This document shows, in pieces, positions 18,775 through 28,451 of a DNA stretch of 64,000 bases. The translations under genes were made by a program, and so were the position numbers. Source of the DNA: Patescibacteria group bacterium (GTDB lineage: Bacteria > Patescibacteriota > Microgenomatia > UBA1400 > PJMF01); the NCBI GenBank assembly GCA_039934415.1, contig JBDTME010000002.1, forward strand, positions 14,351 to 78,350, in the 5' to 3' direction. Numbering within the stretch: position 1 is the first letter of the stretch; every line of letters starts with the position of its first letter. Below the pieces are notes generated by a model, which worked only from the letters and a program-made list of their open reading frames with translations, had not been told where the DNA came from and did no database searches.

Positions 18775-19860
18775 ATGGAAACAAAATCACTGCTCAACAA
18801 GCGTATTCCTACAATTTTAGGGCTCATTGTCCTATTTGGTGCTTTGGGAGCTGGTGTTTTTTTCATTGGCGCAGGACCCGGCTTGTTTAGTCCGCGCGCA
18901 ACCCCTCAAACTACTCCGAAAAATGTCAAAATTACGAATATCACTGACACAACATTTACTGTTTCTTTTTTGACAGACGATTCCTCTGCTTCATTTGTTA
19001 AGTATGGGACTTCTGCAACCTCTCTCACCAACAGAGAAGGTGATGATCGTGATCAACTTGCCGGCAACGTTGGTACCTATAACACACACCACATTACTCT
19101 GCGTAATTTACAGTCGGGAACAAACTATTTCTTTACGATTGGCACGAGTTCCAATGGTCAATTTGATAACAATGGAAAACCTTACACAGTTAAAACCGTT
19201 CAAAAAGCGAGTAACCAATCTGCAGCTCAAACTATCTACGGCACAGTCTTAACGCAAGATTCCAATCCTGCAGACGGCAGTATTGTCTACGTGACAGTGG
19301 ATAAAGGGGCAGAAATGTCTGCATTAGTTCGGTCTTCAGGGACTTGGGCCATTCCTCTCTCTCAATTACGTGGTACTGATGGAGGCGTTCCGCCAGCAAT
19401 TACAACAAATACATTGATGCTCGTATTTGTACAAGGAAAAACCCCTCAAGATACTGCCACACTTACCACTACAGTAGGACAACCACAGTTTCCAGTCAAA
19501 ACTATTACATTGGGAGAGAATAACGCACCTGCAACGACAACAGCGCCAAGCACAGCTACTCAAGCACCTGCACAAGTTCAACCAACTTCTACTCCACAAT
19601 CTGGGACTAATGCTCAACCAGTTATCAGTGCATCTGGTTCGGCCAGTCCAACTATAAAAGTTTCAGTGACTATTAAACCAACAAGCACAACAGTTCCATC
19701 TAAGACACCAACGCCTACCACCGATACGGATATTACTATTCCTGCTACCAACGCACCAAAACCAATCTCTGGATCAGCAGAAGACACACTCGCTGTTTTC
19801 GTCGCTGGCCTTCTTCTGATATCATTTGGAGGTGTCTTGTATCTTTCAATTCGAAAGTGA
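18775..19860 (+). CDS. cell-surface protein with FN3-like domain and C-terminal PISGSA-TM-IRK sorting-signal-like tail
   Basis: 361 aa. N-terminal signal anchor. FN3/purple-acid-phosphatase-N-like block (TFTVSFLTDD...VKYG...HHITLRNLQSGTNYFF). Thr/Pro/Gln-rich linker. C-terminal motif, hydrophobic helix, basic end. Confidence 0.5.
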   Translation: METKSLLNKRIPTILGLIVLFGALGAGVFFIGAGPGLFSPRATPQTTPKNVKITNITDTTFTVSFLTDDSSASFVKYGTSATSLTNREGDDRDQLAGNVGTYNTHHITLRNLQSGTNYFFTIGTSSNGQFDNNGKPYTVKTVQKASNQSAAQTIYGTVLTQDSNPADGSIVYVTVDKGAEMSALVRSSGTWAIPLSQLRGTDGGVPPAITTNTLMLVFVQGKTPQDTATLTTTVGQPQFPVKTITLGENNAPATTTAPSTATQAPAQVQPTSTPQSGTNAQPVISASGSASPTIKVSVTIKPTSTTVPSKTPTPTTDTDITIPATNAPKPISGSAEDTLAVFVAGLLLISFGGVLYLSIRK

Positions 19861-19861
19861 T

Positions 19862-19897
19862 GAATTGATCGATACACTTTTTAAATCGATCAATTCA
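19862..19897 (+). terminator. perfect 11-bp inverted repeat immediately after the stop codon (hairpin; terminator or regulatory palindrome)
   Basis: AATTGATCGAT, 11-nt loop, ATCGATCAATT. T-rich loop but no downstream U-tract. Coordinates approximate to about 2 nt. Confidence 0.3.
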
Positions 19898-19940
19898 GGT
19901 AGAAACGCACATTCCTTACTGCAAAAATCACTAATTACCC

Positions 19941-21068
19941 ATGCCCACATCAACTCCGACCACTCCACCCGCTGCAGCACCACAGAACCCACCTGGAGGT
20001 TTTTTTATTCCCCAGAAAACAACGACAACAACAAACTTGAGTGAGTCACCAGTACTTTCAAGTCCAGCGATTAAAAACACTCCACCGGTAACACCAAATG
20101 TGGGACTCAAACCTTCGTCTTCAAGAAATAAAATACTGTTAGGGCTCTCGGTCGTAGTTGTTATATTAGTTTTGATTGGCGTCGGTGCTGGTCTCTATTT
20201 AACTCAAACAAACGTAGACAATCGGCAACAAGCCTCAACGTCCTCTGGCTCAGCAAAACTGACAGTTTCACCTGACTCTGGTACTTTCAAAGGAAACACT
20301 GAGCAACAAGTTAATTTTAGCCTAGACCTTACTTCGACTCCGATCACGCTATCAGATATCGAACTGTCCATCAGTTTTGCTGGGAAAATTCCGAGTGATC
20401 TGCAGTTTTTTCCTCAGCAACTCCAAAACTTTCTGCCTGCTGATATATCTATTACTGATTCTGATACAGGTAAATTACTTATTATTAGTTTCAAACCAAG
20501 TGGTACTCAAGGATTTAGTGCCACATCAACGAATATCAGTTTAGGTGTGCTTAAATTTACTAGCCCAGATTCTGGCCAGCTGAATTTACGGTTCAACGCC
20601 AGTGATTCAAAAGTACTGCTGCAACAATCTAATCTCGATATCCTCAGACCACCCAGCCTCGTCAGTTACTCTTTTGAGTCTAGCCTCACGCCATCCACAC
20701 TCCTAGAAAATGACCTCACGAATCTAGCATCAAGTTCAGGAAATGAAGTCGCGACCAACAGCGCAACGCCAACTCAAAGTCCAACTCCAACACTATCTGG
20801 AATAGGTGGCGCTATTCCTACAAACACACCGACACTGCTCGCCCAAATAAATACAACTACGACGCCAACCAATACACCCACCAAGACGCCTAGTTTGACA
20901 CCTACGCCAACTGACGTTCGAGAAAGTTCATTACCCGCTAACACGCAAGACACCCCAGTTTCAGGCTCTGCTGGCCTCACCGTTACTCTATTCGGATCTG
21001 GACTCCTATTCATCCTCACAGGCTTCTATTTGATACCAAAGAAAAAGGCGCTTCGATCTGACCACTGA
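19941..21068 (+). CDS. cell-surface protein, Thr/Pro-rich, with NRQQA leader and C-terminal PVSGSA-TM-KKK tail
   Basis: 375 aa. Pro/Thr-rich N-terminus. TM followed by YLTQTNVDNRQQA, which resembles the leaders of the Cys-rich proteins at 48930 and 51971. PT-repeat linker near the C-terminus. C-terminal motif, TM and basic tail. Confidence 0.5.
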   Translation: MPTSTPTTPPAAAPQNPPGGFFIPQKTTTTTNLSESPVLSSPAIKNTPPVTPNVGLKPSSSRNKILLGLSVVVVILVLIGVGAGLYLTQTNVDNRQQASTSSGSAKLTVSPDSGTFKGNTEQQVNFSLDLTSTPITLSDIELSISFAGKIPSDLQFFPQQLQNFLPADISITDSDTGKLLIISFKPSGTQGFSATSTNISLGVLKFTSPDSGQLNLRFNASDSKVLLQQSNLDILRPPSLVSYSFESSLTPSTLLENDLTNLASSSGNEVATNSATPTQSPTPTLSGIGGAIPTNTPTLLAQINTTTTPTNTPTKTPSLTPTPTDVRESSLPANTQDTPVSGSAGLTVTLFGSGLLFILTGFYLIPKKKALRSDH

Positions 21069-21075
21069 CAAGTAT

Positions 21076-21729
21076 GTGTCTGCTGGTTACAATGTCGGCA
21101 TGTTGGCTGTTGAAATCTCACCGTATTTTTTTTCGCGAGAGAAACGCATATTTGACATACTTGTATCTATTTTTTTACTCGCCTTACTTGTTCCACTCTT
21201 TCTCATCATTTCAATCCTGATTATTTTTACTTCAGGGTTTCCCATTTTCTTTATTCAAGACAGAATCGGTAGAGATAAGAAACGTTTTAAAATAATTAAA
21301 TTTCGCACCATGTACCCTCATGCTCACAAAGATCAAAAAAAGTATTGGAAGCTCAATGAGTCTCCTTTTCCAGCCTTCAAACTCGCCGATGACCCTCGGT
21401 TCGTTGGCATTGGGAAATGGCTATCCAAAACGGGCTTGGATGAGCTTCCTCAGCTCATTAACATCCTTCGAGGTGAAATGAGTCTCATCGGTCCACGACC
21501 ACTTCCTCCTCTAGAAGCAAAAAAAATGACAGGAAGTTGGGATTTTCGGTATAAAGTCAGACCAGGAGTTATCTCTTTATGGGCATTATCAGATAAAAGA
21601 CACAAGTCACTGAAGCATTGGCAAAGACTGGAGATACAAACATTGAAAAAAGCCAATCTGCTTAAAGATTTTCTGATTATTTTTCAATCTATAAAAGTGC
21701 CGTTAAAAAATGGACGAAATCATTATTGA
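21076..21729 (+). CDS. polyprenyl-phosphate sugar-1-phosphate transferase (bacterial sugar transferase family, WbaP/PglC-like initiating enzyme)
   Basis: 217 aa with an N-terminal TM. Conserved blocks KFRTM and LDELPQLINILRGEMSLIGPRP are typical of PF02397. Confidence 0.8.
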   Translation: MSAGYNVGMLAVEISPYFFSREKRIFDILVSIFLLALLVPLFLIISILIIFTSGFPIFFIQDRIGRDKKRFKIIKFRTMYPHAHKDQKKYWKLNESPFPAFKLADDPRFVGIGKWLSKTGLDELPQLINILRGEMSLIGPRPLPPLEAKKMTGSWDFRYKVRPGVISLWALSDKRHKSLKHWQRLEIQTLKKANLLKDFLIIFQSIKVPLKNGRNHY

Positions 21730-24641
21730 AAGACTTGCTGCCAAGTTTTTTCACCTTTTATAATTTCACCGACTTTTTTAAATCTATCTTTATCACTATA
21801 CCCTTGATGGAGACAATCTTGATGAGATCCTGGGAATTCTGAAACACATTTACTGTATTCAACTTCCATCTCAGCTTTGTCACCAACAGATAAGAAGTAA
21901 TTGCCAAGTTGTTGGGTGATCCAAAAATCGTTTGGTTTCAAAACATTCATAAACCTTAAAATCATCACTGTTTCCTCAGGATTATTCTTTTGCAACGACT
22001 CTTCAGCCTGGGTCTCTAATTGCCGAATAAATAAATCTAAGCTTGTGTTGTCAGACAATTTAAAAAATTCCGCTAAAGCTAAATATTTTTTTACGCCCTC
22101 CAAGTTTCCTTGCTCATACAAATGGAGACATAAATAAAGTAAAAGTTGATAACTTTTTGCTTTTCTACCTTCATTAATTTTAGGGTAATAATTTTCAAAT
22201 GAGTCAAAATACTTTTGTGCATCCTCAGATTTTATTGATTCAACTGACTCAACATCTAAAAAATGGCCAGTTTTGCTGTTAAAAATCCAGGGATTGATAC
22301 TCAGGGCAGTTTTATAATTTTCAAGTAAGTAATCAAAGTCAATATGTACAGTTTCATTTCCAACCTGAATTAAAGAGCTGGCAAGCATCACCTGATATTT
22401 GTCATCAATATATCCCGCTTTTTTGAGCATCAATTGCCTCGTGTCACTCCAAATCGCTAGCGATTTTTTTGCGCTATCTAAATCCTTATTCGTTTTTGAA
22501 ACATTCATTTTTTCTTGAATCATCCGAGAAATATCAGGCCAAATCAGATGTGCTGTGCCAGGCGAAATGTCTATTGCTCGGTGAAGGCTTAAACTGGTTT
22601 TCTCAAATTCATTCTGATCAAACTGCCATTTAGCAAGCTCCCAATATTTTTGAGCGTATACCCTATTTTGGATTCCAAAATTGTCGGCAGGTATTTGATT
22701 AAGTTGAGTTAAAAATTGCTCTAGTTCCAAACCAGTAACATGCTGCAACTTATACTCATGATCTTGGATACTGAAATGTACTAGTGCATGAGAAAGTACA
22801 TATAACTTTCCTGCAAGCTCAGCTTGCCCTGACAGTAAAAGCTCATCTGCAAAATAGAGTGTTTTATTGGCTAATATCTTTTTTTGTTCAAAAGTAAGAT
22901 TCTGACCATGTGTATTTTTCTCGGCAAATATAACGAACTGTGCCAAGTTAAACACAGTGTCCTGATTCAAACCCATCTTTTTAAAATCTCTCAAGTCTTG
23001 TGTCGAAAAAAAGACAAGCTTCCACGGATCTAAAATGAATAAAGTATTGTTATCTTGGATACTATTTACTGCTGTTCCTACGTCATCAGTGAGAACATAC
23101 GTTTCACTATCGCTTCGATATATCTGTTGGAAAAATGTCGTTTGTTCAGGAGTTAATGATTGACTCGTCAAAAAAGCTTTTCTTTGATAAAAATAATACG
23201 GAAAAATTTGAAATGCAGTGGAAAATTTCCTTTGTGAAAGCAGGCTCTCATTGAGTAAAAATAGGATGCTGTATGCAAAAATAAATATACACGTTATGGT
23301 TGAAATCATGAGTAACCCATGTTTAAGATGAATATCATTCATTTTTTTACTTTGTGTATTACGAGTACCTCTCAAGATAATCGCAATCAGAATGACAACT
23401 ACTAAAAAGAGTGCGGAAAATGACCAGCTAAAATCAAAAAAACTATCAATAGAAGTTGAAAGTAGTGCAACTAACAAAAACGATTGTTCGCTAAATGGCT
23501 GAAGATTTCTTCTGGCATGACTCAAGACAACGAGGAAAATACTGACAAAAAGCAAAATGAAAAAAACGCCGGTAAAAATCCCTGATTCACTAAAAACTTG
23601 TAAAAACGAATTATGCGAGAACGTCGTGAACGCATATGAAGTGGCTCTATATTTACTTGAGATCAGTTGAAAAGTTCCTGGTCCATACCCAGTTAATGGA
23701 TAATTTTTAACACCTTGAAATGCTTCCCTCCAATATTCTGAGCGTAGATCTTTGTCAAGATTCTTGCACAACTTATTTTGCAAAGAAGGAAACGGACATA
23801 CAAATGAAGGTTGAATAATTTGAACAACAGAAAAAAACAATTTAAACGCTATTATCCCTATAAATAAAATTCCCAGGAAAAAAAGTGTGATTCTGTCAAA
23901 ACTGGTTTGTAATTTAATTACACTGGCCCTTTTATTGAAAGAGTGAAGAAAAATAAAGACGTATGATAATTGAAAGAATCCAATGAGAATTGCTACTCGT
24001 GCAAAAGTCGTTAGCAGTAATAGATTGAAAAACACATATAGATACAGGAATTTGTGTTTTTCAAATTTATCAAAATATTTTTTTTCTTCTCGATTTTGTG
24101 GTATTTTTTTAAAATTTAACAAAAAAATAATTGGATTAATCAGTATAATATAAGAGGCAATATGATTATGACCATATGTTTCATATATAAAATTCATGCC
24201 TGGTAAGTGAATTGCCCATTCTAGGTTGAGACGGACCAAAGTACTGATCACAAAAAGCACTCCCCCTATAAGTATCAAAATTAAAAAAAGAAATGATTTA
24301 TTTAAAAAGTTGGACGAAACAAGTAGAAAAAAAACAAAGACAATAAAATAAATACCAGAGAAAAAAATGGATTGCAGACTGAGTGGGAGATTATGGGTGA
24401 AAAAAGCTGAGACACACAAAAAAAATAAGTACAATAGCCACACAGAAATGACAAAAATGTTTGATTGATATTTAAGTTGATTCCAATCTAGTTCCCGCAC
24501 AAAAAAACAAACAAGTACTATAAACGCTCCCCCAGTTACTATTCCCAAGTAGGTCTCTCCCAAAAGAAATTGACACAAAAGAAGAATACTAAAAAAGAAT
24601 AAGAAAAAAAGATCTTTAATTCCAATCAACTTTGAGACCAT
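21723..24641 (-). CDS. O-antigen ligase/Wzy_C-family polytopic membrane protein fused to large C-terminal TPR-like domain
   Basis: 972 aa, at least 12 TM helices. Wzy_C signature SHNSFLQVFSESGIFTG. A C-terminal soluble region of about 500 aa is rich in helical repeats. Confidence 0.6.
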   Translation of the reverse strand: MVSKLIGIKDLFFLFFFSILLLCQFLLGETYLGIVTGGAFIVLVCFFVRELDWNQLKYQSNIFVISVWLLYLFFLCVSAFFTHNLPLSLQSIFFSGIYFIVFVFFLLVSSNFLNKSFLFLILILIGGVLFVISTLVRLNLEWAIHLPGMNFIYETYGHNHIASYIILINPIIFLLNFKKIPQNREEKKYFDKFEKHKFLYLYVFFNLLLLTTFARVAILIGFFQLSYVFIFLHSFNKRASVIKLQTSFDRITLFFLGILFIGIIAFKLFFSVVQIIQPSFVCPFPSLQNKLCKNLDKDLRSEYWREAFQGVKNYPLTGYGPGTFQLISSKYRATSYAFTTFSHNSFLQVFSESGIFTGVFFILLFVSIFLVVLSHARRNLQPFSEQSFLLVALLSTSIDSFFDFSWSFSALFLVVVILIAIILRGTRNTQSKKMNDIHLKHGLLMISTITCIFIFAYSILFLLNESLLSQRKFSTAFQIFPYYFYQRKAFLTSQSLTPEQTTFFQQIYRSDSETYVLTDDVGTAVNSIQDNNTLFILDPWKLVFFSTQDLRDFKKMGLNQDTVFNLAQFVIFAEKNTHGQNLTFEQKKILANKTLYFADELLLSGQAELAGKLYVLSHALVHFSIQDHEYKLQHVTGLELEQFLTQLNQIPADNFGIQNRVYAQKYWELAKWQFDQNEFEKTSLSLHRAIDISPGTAHLIWPDISRMIQEKMNVSKTNKDLDSAKKSLAIWSDTRQLMLKKAGYIDDKYQVMLASSLIQVGNETVHIDFDYLLENYKTALSINPWIFNSKTGHFLDVESVESIKSEDAQKYFDSFENYYPKINEGRKAKSYQLLLYLCLHLYEQGNLEGVKKYLALAEFFKLSDNTSLDLFIRQLETQAEESLQKNNPEETVMILRFMNVLKPNDFWITQQLGNYFLSVGDKAEMEVEYSKCVSEFPGSHQDCLHQGYSDKDRFKKVGEIIKGEKTWQQVFQ

Positions 24642-24642
24642 A

Positions 24643-25362
24643 TCATGATTTTTGAGCTAGAATGATAACGCTCGAGCCAAATGGCAAATTAACATGTTTT
24701 AAGGCCCAAGCTTCAAACTTCATTATTTTTTTCAGGATTGCATTCAAAACTGAAGGAACTTTGTCGACATAATTCTCACTTTGTATCTGCTTTTTAACCA
24801 ATCGATGTAGTATGAAAAGAGGAAAAACAAAGCAAAAAATATTCGACGATCGCAATACTTTGAATCCAGATAATTTTATTAACTCTTCTAACTCCTTTTT
24901 TCGAAATCTTTTTTTTGCTTCCATTGCCTCATCATGCTTACTCCATAACCAAGGACAAATACAGTCAGTAACAATGATATATCCCTTATGCTTTAACACT
25001 CGATGAGCTTCTGACAGAGCTTTTATTTCATCTACTTGCTTATGATAGAGCACGTCGCAAAAGGCAACTAGATCAAAATTAGTGTCTTGCAATGGCAGGA
25101 CGTTGGCCGAACCTTTTATTGCTGTTATTTTCCTTCTTAATAGTTTTTCGTAAGCTAACTGATTTTTTTCTACGGCAGTGACTTTACCCCATTCTGAAAA
25201 GAGAGTAGTTATTCCACCTGTTCCTGCGCCAACATCCACAATTTTTTTTCTACCATCACCTAAAAACTGAGTAATGAAAACTCGAATGAAATTTCTTTTT
25301 GAAATAAACCACCAATGGTGATCTTCTAAATCAGCCATTTGAGTGTACTCATTTTTTTTCAT
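24643..25362 (-). CDS. class I SAM-dependent methyltransferase
   Basis: Motif I VDVGAGTGG; 239 aa; lies within the glycan locus. Confidence 0.7.
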   Translation of the reverse strand: MKKNEYTQMADLEDHHWWFISKRNFIRVFITQFLGDGRKKIVDVGAGTGGITTLFSEWGKVTAVEKNQLAYEKLLRRKITAIKGSANVLPLQDTNFDLVAFCDVLYHKQVDEIKALSEAHRVLKHKGYIIVTDCICPWLWSKHDEAMEAKKRFRKKELEELIKLSGFKVLRSSNIFCFVFPLFILHRLVKKQIQSENYVDKVPSVLNAILKKIMKFEAWALKHVNLPFGSSVIILAQKS

Positions 25363-25440
25363 AACTAAAAAGTGCTTTATGGCGAATTAACGCATATAAT
25401 GTGCTGGCATTCCGTTCAAATTGAATATCTATCATAACTT

Positions 25441-25890
25441 ATGAAAATTTTAATTGTAACCTCATCTGGAGGGCACTTATTTAAGACTTTTCAACTTAAG
25501 CCATGGTGGTCAAAGTATGAAAGAGTTTGGGTTACCAAAAAAGACGAGTTTTCGGAGAGCATCTTAAATGGTGAGAAGATTATTCCCGGCAATTTTCCTG
25601 AACAAAGAAATATACTAAATTTTTTTAAAAATTTGTTCTTTGCTCTCAAATTACTCCGTACCGAAAAACCAGACCTCATCTTCTCGATGGGCGCTGGCAT
25701 TGCTCCACCGTTCTTTCTGGTTGCAAAACTATATAAAATTAAGACAGTCTTCATCGAAACATTTATCTCTATTAGTCAATCAACCATTTCAGGGAAAATG
25801 ATTTACCCACTTGCTGATCTCTTTTTAGTACAAAATAAAAAGCTGCTGCACGTCTATAAAAAAAGTCTATACTTGGGACCAATCCTGTGA
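25441..25890 (+). CDS. Alg14-like glycosyltransferase membrane-anchor subunit (PssD/Cps14F-like)
   Basis: 149 aa; N-terminal ILIVTSSGGH; overall Alg14-like layout; overlaps the downstream Alg13-like gene. Confidence 0.6.
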   Translation: MKILIVTSSGGHLFKTFQLKPWWSKYERVWVTKKDEFSESILNGEKIIPGNFPEQRNILNFFKNLFFALKLLRTEKPDLIFSMGAGIAPPFFLVAKLYKIKTVFIETFISISQSTISGKMIYPLADLFLVQNKKLLHVYKKSLYLGPIL

Positions 25891-26375
25891 TATTTATCAG
25901 TTTGGGCACTACATTAATACCCTTCCCTAGGCTGATTGAATCCAGTTTAGAAATCTTGAGTAACACCAGACAAGAGATTCACATTCAACACGGAAATACT
26001 CCAGTTGAGAGTCAAAGTAAATCAATCATCACAACACCATATATTTCTAACTCTGAAATGATTGAGGAAATAAGAAATGCAAACATGATAATATGTGCTG
26101 CAGGAGAGGCAACAGTTTTTCAGATATTACAAAATGCTCGTTATAAACCCATCCTTTTCCCTAGATTAAAAAAGTTCCATGAGCACGTTGATGACCAGCA
26201 ATTGTCTATTGCACAATACTTTGAAAAAAAAGATAAAGCATATTGTGCTTTAGATAGTGAACAACTTCAACAAATTATGAATGAATATCCAGTATTAGAA
26301 AAGAATAACCATCTAAGAAAAGAAACGAATAAAAAAATAATTGACAAATTAATTAGATTTACCGAAAACTTGTGA
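25887..26375 (+). CDS. Alg13-like glycosyltransferase catalytic subunit (GT28 C-terminal domain, PssE/Cps14G-like)
   Basis: 162 aa; starts IFISLGTT like Alg13/MurG C-domain proteins; paired with the Alg14-like gene. Confidence 0.55.
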   Translation: MIFISLGTTLIPFPRLIESSLEILSNTRQEIHIQHGNTPVESQSKSIITTPYISNSEMIEEIRNANMIICAAGEATVFQILQNARYKPILFPRLKKFHEHVDDQQLSIAQYFEKKDKAYCALDSEQLQQIMNEYPVLEKNNHLRKETNKKIIDKLIRFTENL

Positions 26376-27352
26376 ATAAAAAACAAAAGAAAATAATTCT
26401 GGTGACTGGTGCTGCAGGCTTCATTGGGTCAAACTTAGCAAACGAACTGCTTCGCCTCAATTACCAAGTAGTTGGTCTCGATAATTTTTTAGATAACTAT
26501 GAGGTTTCCATTAAAAAAAATAATATTCGACGGCTGTTAAGTTTTAAGCACTTCACTTTTTATGAAACCAACATACTTGATGTAACTGACTTAGAAAAGA
26601 TTTTCAGTACCTACCGATTTGACATTATTATTCATTTAGCCGCTCGAGCTGGTATCCGTCCTTCACTAGTACTGCCCCAAGCATATTTTGAAACAAATGT
26701 GATAGGCACCATCAATATCTTAGAGCTCATGCGAAAAAAATCCATTAAACAACTTATTTTCGCAAGCTCTTCAAGTGTGTACGGAAATAACAAAAAAACG
26801 CCTTTTTCAGAAACAGACAATACTGATCATCCTGTTTCACCATATGGGGCTTCCAAAAAATCAGCGGAAATTATTTGTCAGACGTACGCCCATCTTTACC
26901 AAATCCAAACCACTGTTTTCCGATTCTTTAGTGTGTATGGAAATGCAGGTCGACCTGATATGGCACCCTATATTTTCTCTCAAGCAATCCTCCATAAAAA
27001 ACCCATTCGAGTATTTGGCAAATCAATAACTAGAGACTACACCCATATCGACGATATTGTGCGTGGGATCATTTCTGGGATTGAGCATCCAACCCAATTT
27101 GAAATCATTAACTTAGGAAACAACTCACCAATTGGTCTGGAACAGCTAATAGGTTCCTTGGAAAAAATCCTGCACAAAAAATCAGACGTGATACATGAAG
27201 GGAGAGTTTCTGGAGACGTGAATACTACTTATGCTGATATTCGAAAAGCAAAAAAATTACTTGATTGGGAACCGCTTGTCTCTCTAGAAAAAGGACTTAA
27301 ACAATTCACAAAGTGGCTACAAATGAACGGCCCTACACATGATTCCAGTTAG
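26372..27352 (+). CDS. NAD-dependent nucleotide-sugar epimerase/dehydratase (extended SDR)
   Basis: Rossmann motif VTGAAGFIGSNL and catalytic YGASK (YxxxK); 326 aa. Confidence 0.85.
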   Translation: MNKKQKKIILVTGAAGFIGSNLANELLRLNYQVVGLDNFLDNYEVSIKKNNIRRLLSFKHFTFYETNILDVTDLEKIFSTYRFDIIIHLAARAGIRPSLVLPQAYFETNVIGTINILELMRKKSIKQLIFASSSSVYGNNKKTPFSETDNTDHPVSPYGASKKSAEIICQTYAHLYQIQTTVFRFFSVYGNAGRPDMAPYIFSQAILHKKPIRVFGKSITRDYTHIDDIVRGIISGIEHPTQFEIINLGNNSPIGLEQLIGSLEKILHKKSDVIHEGRVSGDVNTTYADIRKAKKLLDWEPLVSLEKGLKQFTKWLQMNGPTHDSS

Positions 27353-28451
27353 TCGAACACATATACCAAAAAAATCAGTGCAGCTTGTAACAGAGTGTCT
27401 CAACAGCGGTTGGATTTCTGGTCAGGGCAAATATGTTGAAAAATTTGAAAAAAAGTTTTCTCAATTCGTCGGTACAAAGTACGCATTAGCTACGAATTCA
27501 GGCACATCCGCACTTCATTTAGCGATACTAACTCTAGGTATTGGCCCGGGTGACGAAGTGATTTTGCCAGCATCAACCATTGCATCCTGTTTTTTTGCGA
27601 TCTGGTATACAGGAGCAAAAGCCATTCCTGTTGACGTAACACCCGACACCTACACTATAAATCCTCAGCTCATAGAGTCACACATCACAAAAAACACTAA
27701 AGCAATCATGGCTGTTCATCTCTATGGACATCCTTGCGACATGGATGCATTAGTTCATCTCTGTCATAAGCACAAATTATTCTTGATTGAGGACGCAGCT
27801 GAAGCACACGGAGCAGAATACAAAGGTAAAAAAGTTGGAAGTTTTGGTGACGTAAGCTGTTTTAGCTTCTACGCTAATAAACTCATCACAACTGGCGAAG
27901 GTGGCGCAGTGGTAACAAATAGTAATTCACACCATGTGCTTGCTAAAAAACTAAGAACACTTTATTTTTCTGATCAAAAACGATTTATTCATGATGGTAT
28001 CGGATATAAGTACGTGATGACAAATCTGCAAGCAGCGCTCGGCCTCGCTTCTCTAGCAGAGATAAAGAAATCAATTTCATTCAAAAAGAAAATGGCAGAG
28101 TTATACCAAAATCATCTCTATGAGATTCCAGGTTTAATACTTCCGATAGAAAAAGTGAACTGTTCAAACGTATATTGGATGTATGCCATTTGTATTGAGG
28201 AAAAAAAGTTTGGAATGAATAGAGATCAACTCATGGATATTTTATGGAATAAATATCATATCGAAACGCGAACATTTTTTTATCCCCCAAACATAGCCTT
28301 TGCATCTCTAGGCGTTTTCTCAAAACAATATTTCCCTATAGCTGATAAAATCTCTCAAGAAGGTCTGTACTTACCATCAGGTCTAGGGAACACTACTGAA
28401 GAGTTTAAGGCAGTTTGTAATGCAATCCAAAAAATTTCCAAAACCCATTAA
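27339..28451 (+). CDS. DegT/DnrJ/EryC1/StrS-family PLP-dependent sugar aminotransferase (ArnB/WecE-like)
   Basis: 370 aa; N-terminal block VTECLNSGWISGQGKYVEKFEKKF...ATNSGTSALHLA and a Lys-containing active-site region typical of the family. Confidence 0.85.
   Translation: MIPVSRTHIPKKSVQLVTECLNSGWISGQGKYVEKFEKKFSQFVGTKYALATNSGTSALHLAILTLGIGPGDEVILPASTIASCFFAIWYTGAKAIPVDVTPDTYTINPQLIESHITKNTKAIMAVHLYGHPCDMDALVHLCHKHKLFLIEDAAEAHGAEYKGKKVGSFGDVSCFSFYANKLITTGEGGAVVTNSNSHHVLAKKLRTLYFSDQKRFIHDGIGYKYVMTNLQAALGLASLAEIKKSISFKKKMAELYQNHLYEIPGLILPIEKVNCSNVYWMYAICIEEKKFGMNRDQLMDILWNKYHIETRTFFYPPNIAFASLGVFSKQYFPIADKISQEGLYLPSGLGNTTEEFKAVCNAIQKISKTH

Noticed and set aside
20774-21019. 81-aa reverse-strand ORF (GVLVGV repeats)
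   Set aside because: Antisense of the PT linker of 19941-21068.
28420-28451. 32-nt overlap between the aminotransferase 3' end and the GT-C gene start
   Set aside because: Probably the GT-C gene starts at a downstream codon; not treated as a frameshift or fusion.
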